64,000 nucleotides of DNA from an uncultured Pseudomonadales bacterium (GCA_964457085.1 CAYWDM010000001.1:178914-242913); one strand, 5' to 3'. Positions 12,906 through 23,357 are shown, numbered from the stretch's first letter. Made by a program: numbers and translations. Notes: generated by a model not told the origin, from the sequence alone.

Positions 12906-13388
12906 CTATTTGCCGAAGACTTTGTCAAGTTCTCGGGAAATGAATGCACCTTCAGTTTTCTCATCAAGCTTCTTGTCAATAACTTTTGCACTTACAGCCA
13001 TGATCGCATCAACCATCTCTTGACGTGCTGCTGTAATTAGCTGAGCATGCTCCATTTTCCAATCAGCTTGTAGTTTCTCTACTTCTGCCTTGGCTTCTGA
13101 TTTTGCACGTTCAACAATCTCATGTTGCTGTTTAGTTGCACGCTTTACTGCTTCATCAACTAGATTTGCAGCTTTACGCTCAGCTTCATGTTCGATTTTT
13201 GACTTGAGTTCGGTGAGATTATGCTTTTCATCAATAGCTGCTTGTGCAGCCTCTTGACCCTCTTTAATTTTACTGACACGCTCATCCATTATTTTTTGGA
13301 TTGGCTTGTAGAGTAAATAGGTTAGGGCACCCATCACCACCGAAAAGTTAATGATTTGAAAAATGATCTGGGGTAACTGTATATCCAT
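12906..13388 (-). CDS. atpF: F1Fo ATP synthase b subunit
   Basis: QIINF...LLYKPIQKIMDER followed by a coiled coil; operon position. Confidence 0.92.
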   Translation of the reverse strand: MDIQLPQIIFQIINFSVVMGALTYLLYKPIQKIMDERVSKIKEGQEAAQAAIDEKHNLTELKSKIEHEAERKAANLVDEAVKRATKQQHEIVERAKSEAKAEVEKLQADWKMEHAQLITAARQEMVDAIMAVSAKVIDKKLDEKTEGAFISRELDKVFGK

Positions 13389-13399
13389 AATGCTACTCC

Positions 13400-13630
<231 letters not shown>

Positions 13631-14569
13631 TTAGTGTTCCTCATGACTTATTGTTGCCATGTAATAAAAGATTAACGATAATAATGAAAATACTACTGCT
13701 TGAATTGCACCCACAAAAATCTCTAGTCCGTAGAAAACCATCGGCACGACCAAAGGAATGAGTGCACCGATAACCGTCAGCAAGACTTCACCTGCAAAAA
13801 CGTTACCGAATAACCGAAATGCGAATGACAGGACCTTAGAAACATCCGAAATTAACTCTAAAATTCCAACAAAGAACATGATTGGGTTAGTAAAGTTAAA
13901 AAATTTCTTGAAATATTCCAAGTGTAAATAAGTTACACCCCACATCTGCACACTAAACATAGTAATAAGTGCAAGTGCGATTGTGGTATTGAGGTCTGCA
14001 GTACCTGCACGAAGCAATGGCACAAATTTTGACCCCGCTGGTTTATCTTCTGAATGACTTTCACTCTCAGTAACTGCCACTGACTCTGTTGCAACCACAC
14101 CGTTTTCTGGTTTTGCATCTGGCTCAGATACCTTTTCAACTTTTGTTGAGGCCTGAGCTTGTGCAATTGCCGGAATGGTAATTGTTTCTGGAGTTAGAGT
14201 AACTTTTTTATGTCCCTCAGCCGTTTCAGTGAATCCGACAGTGCCAACACCTGGTAATAAACCAAACCAGTTATTTAACAAAATAAAAACAAAAAAGCCC
14301 ACTATTAGGGGCATAAATCGGCGGGTTTTTTTGTGGTCGTTAGTCACACTTTGGATAAGTCCATAGAGTGACTCAATAATATATTCACCAAGATTTTGAA
14401 TTCCTGATGGGCTACCGAGTTCTTTCGAGAGTTTAAGTCTAACTGCAAAAGCGAATGCAATAATTAGTGCGGATACTATTAGGCTAGTTAGAATTGAGTT
14501 GGAGATAACTAATGATCCAAAAGTTGCGATTGGTTCAGCTGAAATCGAAATGTGCAAGGCTCCAGACAT
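13631..14569 (-). CDS. atpB: F1Fo ATP synthase a subunit
   Basis: NWFGLLPG, TADLN, SFAFRLFGNVFAGE, LEIFVGAIQA. Confidence 0.95.
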   Translation of the reverse strand: MSGALHISISAEPIATFGSLVISNSILTSLIVSALIIAFAFAVRLKLSKELGSPSGIQNLGEYIIESLYGLIQSVTNDHKKTRRFMPLIVGFFVFILLNNWFGLLPGVGTVGFTETAEGHKKVTLTPETITIPAIAQAQASTKVEKVSEPDAKPENGVVATESVAVTESESHSEDKPAGSKFVPLLRAGTADLNTTIALALITMFSVQMWGVTYLHLEYFKKFFNFTNPIMFFVGILELISDVSKVLSFAFRLFGNVFAGEVLLTVIGALIPLVVPMVFYGLEIFVGAIQAVVFSLLSLIFYYMATISHEEH

Positions 14570-14729
14570 AAGCGATTATTCGTAGGTAAGTATGTTTCTT
14601 CAAGTTTGTGGTTGCTTACCTGTTACGCACCAAAAACAAGAACAATTATATTGATAAAGACCGAACTGACAAGAGACAAACGCGACTGGATCGCTTTTAT
14701 CTTTAGTGATTGCGATAGGATGGTCTTAG

Positions 14730-16655
14730 CTATTCGGCCAAGACCACTACTGCATCATATGCCTTCTTTGGATCTTCAGTTTCAATGCCTTTTTGCGACT
14801 TAAGAGTTAATCCTGCAGCTTTGGAGATACTGGCTACCAATGCATCATTTGTCTCATGAACCAGAATATATGAACCTTTTTCATAGGTTCCTGCAGCATT
14901 ACCAGTTTTCACTGTAGCATATCCTGCAGCTTGGATTTTGGTAGCAGTTTTGCCTGCATATCCAGCAATTTTTGTTGCATTTACCACTAAGATTTTTTCA
15001 GGATTTTTAACTGCTGTCTTGGCAGATCCAGTAGCAGTTTTTGCTGAAGCAGAAGCAATTGGTGCCGTCGTAACAACTGGGCTTGGTGAGACACTCGGAA
15101 CTGCTGGCTCAATAACTGTGGTTTGTGAAGCAGGTTTCTTGTTGGAAACCATCATGATACCAAGTCCAAGACCAATACCTATACCAACTGTGGCAAAAAA
15201 GCTGGCCAAGCCAATAAAAACCAATTTAACCATGTTTTTCTCATCAGTTTGATTTTTTATTACTTGTCTTGGAGCAGCTGGTTTGGCTTCAGCGACAATT
15301 TGAACTGAGTCCTTAGAATCAACTGTACTTGCGGTAGTCTTTGTCGATTCATCTTTAAGGAATTTTTCAACTGAATCAGTGTCACCAGCTACATCTGGAA
15401 GCACAGCTGAGTCCTTGAAGGTTACAGTTGGTGATGAGGTCTCAACTACAGCCGCTGGAGTAGTATTGGTGTTTGCAGTACCAAACAGCTTTTCTAAATC
15501 TGCAGCAACCATTGCCTCTTCAGCTTCTGGTGTGATTTTTGCTGCTTCTGTTACTTCCGATACAACCGTATCTATTGTTGAGTTACTTGCGGTCTTTGTG
15601 TCAGTCATAATTGAATCAATCGACTCAGTCACTTGACTTGTTGGTGCAAGTTCGACTGCAGTCTTTTGCTCCTGTGGTTTTGGTAATTCTATTTTGCTAG
15701 CATCTGGCACTGTCATTTCCTGTGACCTGAGACCCCGAGCAAACTCAAGCTCTTCAGTAGTTATGGCAACTGCTTCAGTGGCTGGTATCTCTGTATGAAT
15801 CTCAACAGGGGCAGCTTTATCCATTTCAAATTTTGGCAACATATAGTCTGGAGCAGTGAGTGACCTCATCCCAGACTCAATAATCTGCTTTACGTAGGAT
15901 GGCATTTTTGTGTCAGTTTCATTAAAAACTGCCAATTGCTGCACAGGCACCAAGTCATGCAGTTCGTCTTTGAGTTGTGCTGCGACAACCTCACTTGCCA
16001 AGACATAAATTGTCTGGATGCTTGGTTCAGCACCTTTAAGTGTTTTAATCGTTTCAACAATGTTAGTTGACTCGAGTACGGGTGCATAACTTGTCTGATC
16101 AATACCAATATAATGCTGTGACAGATAGAGCTTGTCTCCCATCTGCAGGACACTAATCGAAGGCTCAAGTGAAATAATCGATTTAGCCGACCAACTCAGT
16201 GACACAATGGACTGAGTAGTTAAACCGCGTTGTGCCATGGCACGAGCCAATGGGGCCATGAGCGACCTCTCAAGTGCTGAAAGTTGTACCTTATAGATGC
16301 CTTTAAACTCAGTCAAGATGAAAGTCTCGATCTGGTGAGAGGTTTTATCAATCTCTAAACCTGGGAGTAGTTGTGATTTGAGATATTCTTTGACCTTGAC
16401 TTCAGAATCAGCTCGAACATTCACGATAGTGTCAGTGAATAAGTAATCTGGTAAAACTACAATGTAATCAGCAACATCCAAACGATCGAGTAGCTTGGCG
16501 ATATTGGCTTCAATAAATTCGTTGTCATCTAAAAACTCACCATTAATCTGGCGAAAATTATGAATTGCATACGAAAATGGTTTTTTGGTTGGTAGCAATT
16601 CGGCTACATATGCAAGGTCTGGAAGAATATAGAGAAGTTTAGGCATGGCACTCAT
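14730..16655 (-). CDS. Membrane protein: N-terminal cytoplasmic domain, acidic/Thr-rich linker, one TM helix, C-terminal LytR_C-like domain
   Basis: TM segment LVFIGLASFFATVGIGIGLGLGIMM; C-terminal ILVVNATKIAGYAG...GNA...AVVVL resembles LytR_C. Confidence 0.65.
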   Translation of the reverse strand: MSAMPKLLYILPDLAYVAELLPTKKPFSYAIHNFRQINGEFLDDNEFIEANIAKLLDRLDVADYIVVLPDYLFTDTIVNVRADSEVKVKEYLKSQLLPGLEIDKTSHQIETFILTEFKGIYKVQLSALERSLMAPLARAMAQRGLTTQSIVSLSWSAKSIISLEPSISVLQMGDKLYLSQHYIGIDQTSYAPVLESTNIVETIKTLKGAEPSIQTIYVLASEVVAAQLKDELHDLVPVQQLAVFNETDTKMPSYVKQIIESGMRSLTAPDYMLPKFEMDKAAPVEIHTEIPATEAVAITTEELEFARGLRSQEMTVPDASKIELPKPQEQKTAVELAPTSQVTESIDSIMTDTKTASNSTIDTVVSEVTEAAKITPEAEEAMVAADLEKLFGTANTNTTPAAVVETSSPTVTFKDSAVLPDVAGDTDSVEKFLKDESTKTTASTVDSKDSVQIVAEAKPAAPRQVIKNQTDEKNMVKLVFIGLASFFATVGIGIGLGLGIMMVSNKKPASQTTVIEPAVPSVSPSPVVTTAPIASASAKTATGSAKTAVKNPEKILVVNATKIAGYAGKTATKIQAAGYATVKTGNAAGTYEKGSYILVHETNDALVASISKAAGLTLKSQKGIETEDPKKAYDAVVVLAE

Positions 16656-16762
16656 AACAATTAGTATAGCGTATTTGGAGAGAGAAGAGCAACGGATCTA
16701 CTTTTATTAGGACTAAAATTTGATATTTTTAATGACGAGTTGCGGACGATATACTACAACAT

Positions 16763-17263
16763 ATGAGTAACTCAACAGATTTGATTTATGAGAGCAGACT
16801 TTTTCGAATTGAACGACATCCACAACCCTTTATTTCCAGAGAAGAAGGTGGTCATATTCGAATTTTTCCAAAAAGAGCAAGCATTGCCACCATTTCCGAG
16901 CTCTATCCTGAGGAAGCTGTGGAACTTATCTATATAGAGATGGTCGTCCGGGAAGCCATGATGCTTGCCCTAACTGAGCGGGGTGTTGACATGATTTGGG
17001 TTAACATTGAGGACCTCGGAAATTGGGCGTTTAAACGTCAAGAGCAACCTCGATTGCATATTCATGTATTCGGTCGTGCTAAATCAGCAACGAAACAACT
17101 TTGGCCTGAAGCTCCATACCTCCCTGATAGGAGCTCGGGCTTTTACGATGCATTTATTCCTCTGAATGAGGATGATATAAATTGTATTCGAGATCATATC
17201 GTAGATATTTTAGCCAAGTCACCATATAACCAACTCGCCAATTGGCAATTTAAGAATGACTAG
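16763..17263 (+). CDS. HIT-like family protein
   Basis: GGHIRI and LHIHVFGR (partial histidine triad). Confidence 0.65.
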   Translation: MSNSTDLIYESRLFRIERHPQPFISREEGGHIRIFPKRASIATISELYPEEAVELIYIEMVVREAMMLALTERGVDMIWVNIEDLGNWAFKRQEQPRLHIHVFGRAKSATKQLWPEAPYLPDRSSGFYDAFIPLNEDDINCIRDHIVDILAKSPYNQLANWQFKND

Positions 17264-18446
17264 CACCTTGCTACCTCACTACGAGATACGCAGCGTCAAA
17301 CACTATTACCTAATTACCATTCTGGCAAATTGTTGGTTCTCTACAGCCACTTGGATTTTCTTTGTTCAAAAATACATGTCGCTAACCACATTCGGGTTAG
17401 TCGATAGTGCTATATTCGCACTTGGCTTATTATTAGAAATTCCTACTGGAGCACTTGCAGATCTACTCGGCAAAAAACGAGCAATTCAACTAGCCATGCT
17501 ATTTCTCAGTTTTGGCAGTTTAGCCATGGGACTCAGTCAGGATAAGTTTTGGTTAATTATCTCCATGGCATTAGTACAAGTGGGATTGGCTTTTTATAGT
17601 GGCAGTGTTGAAGCTTTTGTCTACGACTCACTACTCGATGCCAACGAATCAAAAAACTACGATCGCGTTATTGCTACTGGCATTGCACTAATCAATATCA
17701 CCTGTGCAGTCACGACTGCACTCGGCGGTTGGCTATATGAGTGGAACTTCAGATCACCGTTACTCGCTTGGAGTATTGGAAATTTTCTTGGGCTAATTCT
17801 CAGTCTTTTCATTACTGAACCGTTACACGACTCACTACAAGTTACCTGGGGCAATTACTGGGAAAAAACCAGATTAGGCGTTCGCTCTCTTTTCAATTCC
17901 AAACTATTACCAACACTGCCACTAATTTGGCTGCTACTTGGTGTGGTATTTCTATGGGATTGGGGAATGGTGAGAACTGTATCGGCTACGTTTTTTAAAC
18001 TGCCAATTACCGCACAAGCGAGCATCTATGCAATTCTGCCACTGCTGGCGGTAGTTGTGGTTCGGTGGCTGCCGTGGTTTCGCCGCCAAGTTTCAGACTT
18101 AACTGGATTGCAAATAATTGGACTGATTCTAGTGGTGGCACATAGTGCGTTTGCTTGGATTTCGGGCTGGTGGGGCATTAGTGTGTTAGCGGTAATCGCA
18201 GTTGGAGGAAGTCTAGTTCAGCCACTGAGTTCATTGCTGGTCAACCAAGTCGTGGAGTCCAGATATAGGGCTACTGCACTGTCAACATTGGCACTCATTA
18301 CCAAAATTCCCTACATTCTGTTCTCACCAATCATTGGGTATCTTGCGGATCAAGGTAAATACCAGTGGTATGGAATTGGAGTTGCAGTGGTATTGACCTT
18401 GGTGATAATTCAGTCTCAGATTGCTAAGAGAGTGAAGGTATATTAA
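17256..18446 (+). CDS. MFS transporter
   Basis: About 12 hydrophobic segments; LEIPTGALADLLGKK motif A; RYRATALS. Confidence 0.9.
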   Translation: MTSTLLPHYEIRSVKHYYLITILANCWFSTATWIFFVQKYMSLTTFGLVDSAIFALGLLLEIPTGALADLLGKKRAIQLAMLFLSFGSLAMGLSQDKFWLIISMALVQVGLAFYSGSVEAFVYDSLLDANESKNYDRVIATGIALINITCAVTTALGGWLYEWNFRSPLLAWSIGNFLGLILSLFITEPLHDSLQVTWGNYWEKTRLGVRSLFNSKLLPTLPLIWLLLGVVFLWDWGMVRTVSATFFKLPITAQASIYAILPLLAVVVVRWLPWFRRQVSDLTGLQIIGLILVVAHSAFAWISGWWGISVLAVIAVGGSLVQPLSSLLVNQVVESRYRATALSTLALITKIPYILFSPIIGYLADQGKYQWYGIGVAVVLTLVIIQSQIAKRVKVY

Positions 18447-18456
18447 AACAACTCAG

Positions 18457-19077
18457 TTATCGCTTCAGAAGCTCAGATAATTTTTGACTCGATTCAGATT
18501 CTGCAATTGGATCATAGAGCATAGTCTGCCAACCTCGTTTTTGTGCCGCTTCTAAATTCACTGGAGTATTATCCACAAATAAAATTTCTTCTGGCGGACA
18601 ACCTGTTTTTTGTTCGGCTACTGTATATATTGCCGCATCTGGTTTTTTGAAACCACAGATACTTGAATCGACGATTACCTCAAATAAATTAGGGTCAATC
18701 AGTTTTTGTTTGACAATTAAATCGAACATGCCCTGGTACATATTGGTTAGTAAGCCCAACTGAACACCACTTTTTTTTGCCTCAATCACTGGTTTCCAGA
18801 TACTTTTATTTGCATCGAAAGCCTCCACGAATGCCTGCGTTAGTGAAAAATTTTCTGGAAAAACTAATCCCAGTTCACAAAATTCCGGCAGAATGTCGTC
18901 AGCATCAAAAGTAGTGCATATCTTGGCTTGATGTTTTTCCCAAACTTTCATTACAGCATCATGATTTTGAGCTGTAACACCAAGACTGGCAAAAAAATCT
19001 TTCATTTTCTGAGTGCCAGAAAAATCAATAATGGCAACTCCACCAACATCTAAATACAAAAATGATATTTTTTTCAT
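18457..19077 (-). CDS. HAD-IA family hydrolase (YihX-like phosphatase)
   Basis: LDVGGV, LLTN, KKPD, LFVDN. Confidence 0.85.
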   Translation of the reverse strand: MKKISFLYLDVGGVAIIDFSGTQKMKDFFASLGVTAQNHDAVMKVWEKHQAKICTTFDADDILPEFCELGLVFPENFSLTQAFVEAFDANKSIWKPVIEAKKSGVQLGLLTNMYQGMFDLIVKQKLIDPNLFEVIVDSSICGFKKPDAAIYTVAEQKTGCPPEEILFVDNTPVNLEAAQKRGWQTMLYDPIAESESSQKLSELLKR

Positions 19078-19092
19078 TTCAAATAGTATTAC

Positions 19093-19935
19093 TTAAAACT
19101 GAACCACCATGGCAATTACGCCAATCGTAACGATTATAGTGCCAATAATTTTTTGAGTAAGTTTTTCAGTCTCTTTTAATATACATATTCCATATAACAC
19201 TGCAAATAAAGTCATAGCCTGATACACGCCAACGGCCTTACTAGCATCGGTCAGATGCATTGCCTCAATCATTAAATATGAAGATGCAATATTAAATGAA
19301 CCAGCAAGCAAGATCTGAGAGAATTTGTGTTTAACAGATTGCAAAATTCTTTGTGTCCCTTGTTTCATCAGAAAGGGTAAAACAAACAGAGGCACCACTC
19401 CGTGAGCAATAATTATTAGTTCTGTTGGTGCTACGTTACTCGCATATTTGACTATCGTACTTAGTAGGGCACTGGAAAAAGAGAAGACTAATGCGATTTT
19501 AATGCCTCGATCTTTTTTAATTTCTTTTGGAGAGGTCACAATCGCGATACCGAGAAAAATTGCCAATATGCCCAAGTATTCAGGAATGGATAATCGCTCA
19601 CCAACCAAAAACCATGCCAATAAGGGTGACCAAATTACCCGCAGGCGCGAAATAACCGAGGAAATTGATAACTCTGTGTATGCATGCATTTTCATGAAAA
19701 CATACACAGAAAATAACTCAGAAAAACTTACCAATACTAGAGGTACCAACATCTCAGGTCGTAACTCGAATCCTCCGCGAATAACCACCACTACAAAAAA
19801 GAAAACAGTGCGAACAAACTCAAACCACCAACCATATGCTGTGGCATCACCATTCTTTTTTAAGGCAGTTCGATTAACTATATTGAATCCAGTTGAAGCC
19901 AGTCCTGCTGCTGCTGCGAGTAGTAGCCAATTCAT
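19093..19935 (-). CDS. EamA/DMT family transporter
   Basis: Two repeated 5-TM halves; LVGERLS, ILKE. Confidence 0.85.
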   Translation of the reverse strand: MNWLLLAAAAGLASTGFNIVNRTALKKNGDATAYGWWFEFVRTVFFFVVVVIRGGFELRPEMLVPLVLVSFSELFSVYVFMKMHAYTELSISSVISRLRVIWSPLLAWFLVGERLSIPEYLGILAIFLGIAIVTSPKEIKKDRGIKIALVFSFSSALLSTIVKYASNVAPTELIIIAHGVVPLFVLPFLMKQGTQRILQSVKHKFSQILLAGSFNIASSYLMIEAMHLTDASKAVGVYQAMTLFAVLYGICILKETEKLTQKIIGTIIVTIGVIAMVVQF

Positions 19936-20927
19936 AGCACCGCTGCTCTCATCACATTCTGTAGGTATTCAAGTGTTCCGTTATGCAGATGCTGTTGCCC
20001 ATTCCAAGTAATAATATTGAATTCATTACCAAGTAATTCAGGCGATTCTTGACGAAAATCAATCGCTCTAGTCTGTGGATGTACTGCCACGCACATCTTG
20101 CGATCACTACCACCATTTTTTTCAAATTTATCACCCCAGATTTCCATCAATTCTGGCTGTTGCATGATAGTGCTTGGTAAATTTAGTTGCTTCAACAGTT
20201 GTTGATTCGTCAAAATTTTCTCTATAGCAGTGGTTTTAGAGACTCCCTCAATTGATAGATCGAGTGCAAAGACTCCTGCTACATGTGGACCAATAGGCAA
20301 CTGTGCTGCTCTGAGTAACTCTTCGGCACGCTGAAAGAAGGGGACGCGCAGATCGTATTTGCCGTTAGATTGCACAATATTTAAGTCAAGGTTTTTTTCA
20401 ATTCGAGCCAACTGAAAACTAGAGAGATCATAACTATTTACGAACTCGAGCGTGATTTGTGGTCCTCGATCAGCTAGCATCACCGTGAATGGATCATCAC
20501 CAACTTGAGATTGGAACTGCGAAACTGACATTGTCGGTGTAGTTTTTAGTTGGAATTCTGTGAGTAACTGCCGCACAATCCCACGCCAAGCTGCCTTCTG
20601 TGACTGTGTCAGTTGAGAATCGTAGACACTGTAAATTGGTGGTAATAATTCCCCGCTGCTGTCATAGACACAGACTTCAGCCCCACTGCAGTGAGCAACA
20701 ATAATCTGGTGACGTAAACTTGCATCGATTTGATTCACGATTCGTTCCTGCACACTTTCCAAACCTGCACCAGTGACCAAAAACAAAACCAGATCGTGTT
20801 TGAGCAACCAAGTTAGTTCTGCAATCATTTCTGGAGTAGCAGCCGTATACACATCGGCGATGGTTTCATCAACATCAGCAAGAATTAATTTAAGTGAATT
20901 ATTCCAAACAATTGTGCCACCAGACAT
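19932..20927 (-). CDS. HAD-IIB family hydrolase (phosphomannomutase-like)
   Basis: ADVDETI, LVTG, DRGPQIT, SKT, WGDKF...GGSD. Confidence 0.7.
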   Translation of the reverse strand: MSGGTIVWNNSLKLILADVDETIADVYTAATPEMIAELTWLLKHDLVLFLVTGAGLESVQERIVNQIDASLRHQIIVAHCSGAEVCVYDSSGELLPPIYSVYDSQLTQSQKAAWRGIVRQLLTEFQLKTTPTMSVSQFQSQVGDDPFTVMLADRGPQITLEFVNSYDLSSFQLARIEKNLDLNIVQSNGKYDLRVPFFQRAEELLRAAQLPIGPHVAGVFALDLSIEGVSKTTAIEKILTNQQLLKQLNLPSTIMQQPELMEIWGDKFEKNGGSDRKMCVAVHPQTRAIDFRQESPELLGNEFNIITWNGQQHLHNGTLEYLQNVMRAAVL

Positions 20928-21008
20928 AAAGCATGCCTTCTCTTTTCAAGATTTCTGACTCTTTCACGATAATTCTAAGGCGAAATGTGACACAGCTCTA
21001 TAGGCAAG

Positions 21009-21635
21009 TTAGAGTGTGGTGATTAACTTTGGCAGTTCATTGAAATCTGTAGTCTGTCGATCAGCACCAATAATGCTGTTTTTTGTAAATGCGATAGCAC
21101 TCATTCCAGCAGATTTAGCCGCTTCAATATCTGTTTGAGCATCACCCACATACACTGATTGGTCTGGCTGCACTTTTAATCGTTCACACGCCAACAACAA
21201 TGGTTCAGGATCAGGCTTATGCTTCTCAGTGTCTTCATAGTAAATAGTGGTTTTGAAAAAATGTTCCAATGATGCAAGCTGAGTAAGCGTAAAAACTCTG
21301 CCAGCTACACGGCTGGTAACGATACCCAACTCATACTGATCAGACAAACTCTCAATAATTTGATCTCGACCAGCTGGTATCAGCAATAATTCTTCCGGAT
21401 ACCGCACCTCTCGGTTCAGGGCTATACGCCTAATCTGTTCACGCTCATTCTCATCAGCTTCTGGAGCTAAGTGTGCAATTACTTGCTGCATCGTCCTGTG
21501 AAATAGAGGACGGTATTTTTCTCTGTCAGGTACTTGATGCCCAACAAATGTCATCAAATCTCGATAAAACGTAAAATTCGCTTCAAATGAATCAATCAAT
21601 ACACCATCAACATCAAAAAATACTGTTTTAATCAT
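21009..21635 (-). CDS. HAD-IA hydrolase (Gph/PpaX-like)
   Basis: FDVDGVLIDS, IVTS, HKPDPEP, YVGDAQTD. Confidence 0.9.
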   Translation of the reverse strand: MIKTVFFDVDGVLIDSFEANFTFYRDLMTFVGHQVPDREKYRPLFHRTMQQVIAHLAPEADENEREQIRRIALNREVRYPEELLLIPAGRDQIIESLSDQYELGIVTSRVAGRVFTLTQLASLEHFFKTTIYYEDTEKHKPDPEPLLLACERLKVQPDQSVYVGDAQTDIEAAKSAGMSAIAFTKNSIIGADRQTTDFNELPKLITTL

Positions 21636-21707
21636 AGGTTGGTCATTATAACCCGCGACTCAAATCTAAATTGTAATCAACTACTGCTCACATATATACT
21701 AAGAGCT

Positions 21708-22316
21708 ATGACAATCTGCATCATTGGTGACAGCATTACTTGGGGAGCATATCTACCGTTTCGAGGAGCATGGGCAAATTTATTTCGCAATTATCTCGAA
21801 TCTTTAAACCCAAACACTGCTGTGTATGACCTAGGAATTGATGGCAACACTTCAAAAGACTTACTAGTGCACTTTGACAACGAGATCTCAGTCCGCCATC
21901 CAGATGCAATTATGATTGCAATTGGAGCCAACGACACACTATATCGTCGTAATCTCGACAATTTGGAAACTACTGAAGCTGATTTTTCCAACAATCTATC
22001 CCAATTAATTGAGAAGGCTAAAAACTACACCCAAAAAGTGATCTTAGTTGGTCTTGCCAAAGGCACTGATGATAAAACCGTACCGCTCGCTCGAAGTACC
22101 ACAGGCAAATGTTACACCAAGCAGCGATTTGCACTCTATGACCAGATTGTTCAAACACAGGCACAGCTACACAACTGCGAGTATGTCAAAATTAGTGATG
22201 TGCTCAGTGACGAAGATTTTGATGATGGCTTGCATCCCAACCTAGGGGGACATGCAAAGATATTCGAGGCAGTTCGAAGAAATTGGACAAAACAACTTCC
22301 ACAGCACAATGATTGA
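21708..22316 (+). CDS. SGNH/GDSL hydrolase
   Basis: IIGDSITWG, LGIDG, IGAND, DGLHPN; ATG lies 7 nt after TATACT. Confidence 0.9.
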   Translation: MTICIIGDSITWGAYLPFRGAWANLFRNYLESLNPNTAVYDLGIDGNTSKDLLVHFDNEISVRHPDAIMIAIGANDTLYRRNLDNLETTEADFSNNLSQLIEKAKNYTQKVILVGLAKGTDDKTVPLARSTTGKCYTKQRFALYDQIVQTQAQLHNCEYVKISDVLSDEDFDDGLHPNLGGHAKIFEAVRRNWTKQLPQHND

Positions 22317-23200
22317 TGATGCTAGAAATTCAAATACAAGATAAGCGAAATGGATTTCAAGCTAATACTGTAGCTCTTCCAGTACCTGAAAACAAAGCTG
22401 ACTCCCATGAGCAACAACTCATGACTCCGGAACTCTTCGCTGCTTGTTTACTAGAGAAGAAAATCCCAGTTAATCCAAATAGAGCTATTGAGGTTGGAAG
22501 AGCGATTTTGGAAGGTGGAGGTACTCCAGAACTGCTCAAAAAATTGGCAAGCTGTTTTAGATTTATTGATCAGGATGAGTTTTATCACGACATTGATTTG
22601 ATGGCACAAGAGGTTATTTCAGCATTCAAGGATAAGGAGTACAACCTCACTCTTTATGAGGATCGAGGTAAAAGCGGTGACTGGATTTTCAACTTATTAC
22701 AGCAAAGAGGCGTGCCTACACCAGCAGCAGATATTGATATGTTTCAATACTCTCTTGACAACACTTTACACCGACCTAACATGTTGACAGATGATTGGTC
22801 GCTCGCTGGTGCTCAAGTCAAGAGTGTTGTCGGTAAAATACTTAGGGCGGCACGTGAGGATGGATCTGACTTGGTTCCTGAAATACATGTTTTTTTGTTG
22901 TACTGTACTAATGAGGTGGTACGCCTTCTAGAAGGAGCTGGAGTCAAGGTGCATATTGCGAGCAAAGAACCAATACTCACCTTGGATGAGGTCTTAGACG
23001 AGAATGAAAAAGAGATGCTGCGAAAAATTAAATTAAATAAGCCATATCAAAAGAATATCTTTGTTCTGTGGCCAGCGCATTTAACTTTTGGTTGGTGGAA
23101 AGTGCCCGACAGATTTTATCAACTTTTTCTAGATGACAGCCCTCTGAGCCTAGTTCAAACGAATGATTTTGCACCACCATACTACAAAAATGATGAGTAA
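22316..23200 (+). CDS. Hypothetical protein with a PRTase-like motif
   Basis: Long ORF; LTDDWSLAGAQ resembles a PRPP-binding DD...SG loop. Confidence 0.6.
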   Translation: MMLEIQIQDKRNGFQANTVALPVPENKADSHEQQLMTPELFAACLLEKKIPVNPNRAIEVGRAILEGGGTPELLKKLASCFRFIDQDEFYHDIDLMAQEVISAFKDKEYNLTLYEDRGKSGDWIFNLLQQRGVPTPAADIDMFQYSLDNTLHRPNMLTDDWSLAGAQVKSVVGKILRAAREDGSDLVPEIHVFLLYCTNEVVRLLEGAGVKVHIASKEPILTLDEVLDENEKEMLRKIKLNKPYQKNIFVLWPAHLTFGWWKVPDRFYQLFLDDSPLSLVQTNDFAPPYYKNDE

Positions 23201-23231
23201 CCGAGCAACCAATGAGTTCTTAATCTCAAAA

Positions 23232-23357
23232 GTGAGTCCGGTGGGACTTACCTATTCAGGCTCATGATTTTACTAACTGGAGGTTATCGCTTGATTGGGC
23301 ATACGTCCCAATCTCGTAATATTTCTCAAAAGTGACTTTATCATTTTTGAGAAATAT
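23232..23357 (-). repeat. tRNA-Lys downstream unit 2 (hairpin, core, tRNA 3' copy)
   Basis: GTGAGTCCGGTGGGACT at 23232-23248 duplicates the tRNA 3' end; hairpin ATTTCTCAAAAGTGA...TCATTTTTGAGAAAT; core nearly identical to 58281-58346 in reverse complement. Confidence 0.85.
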
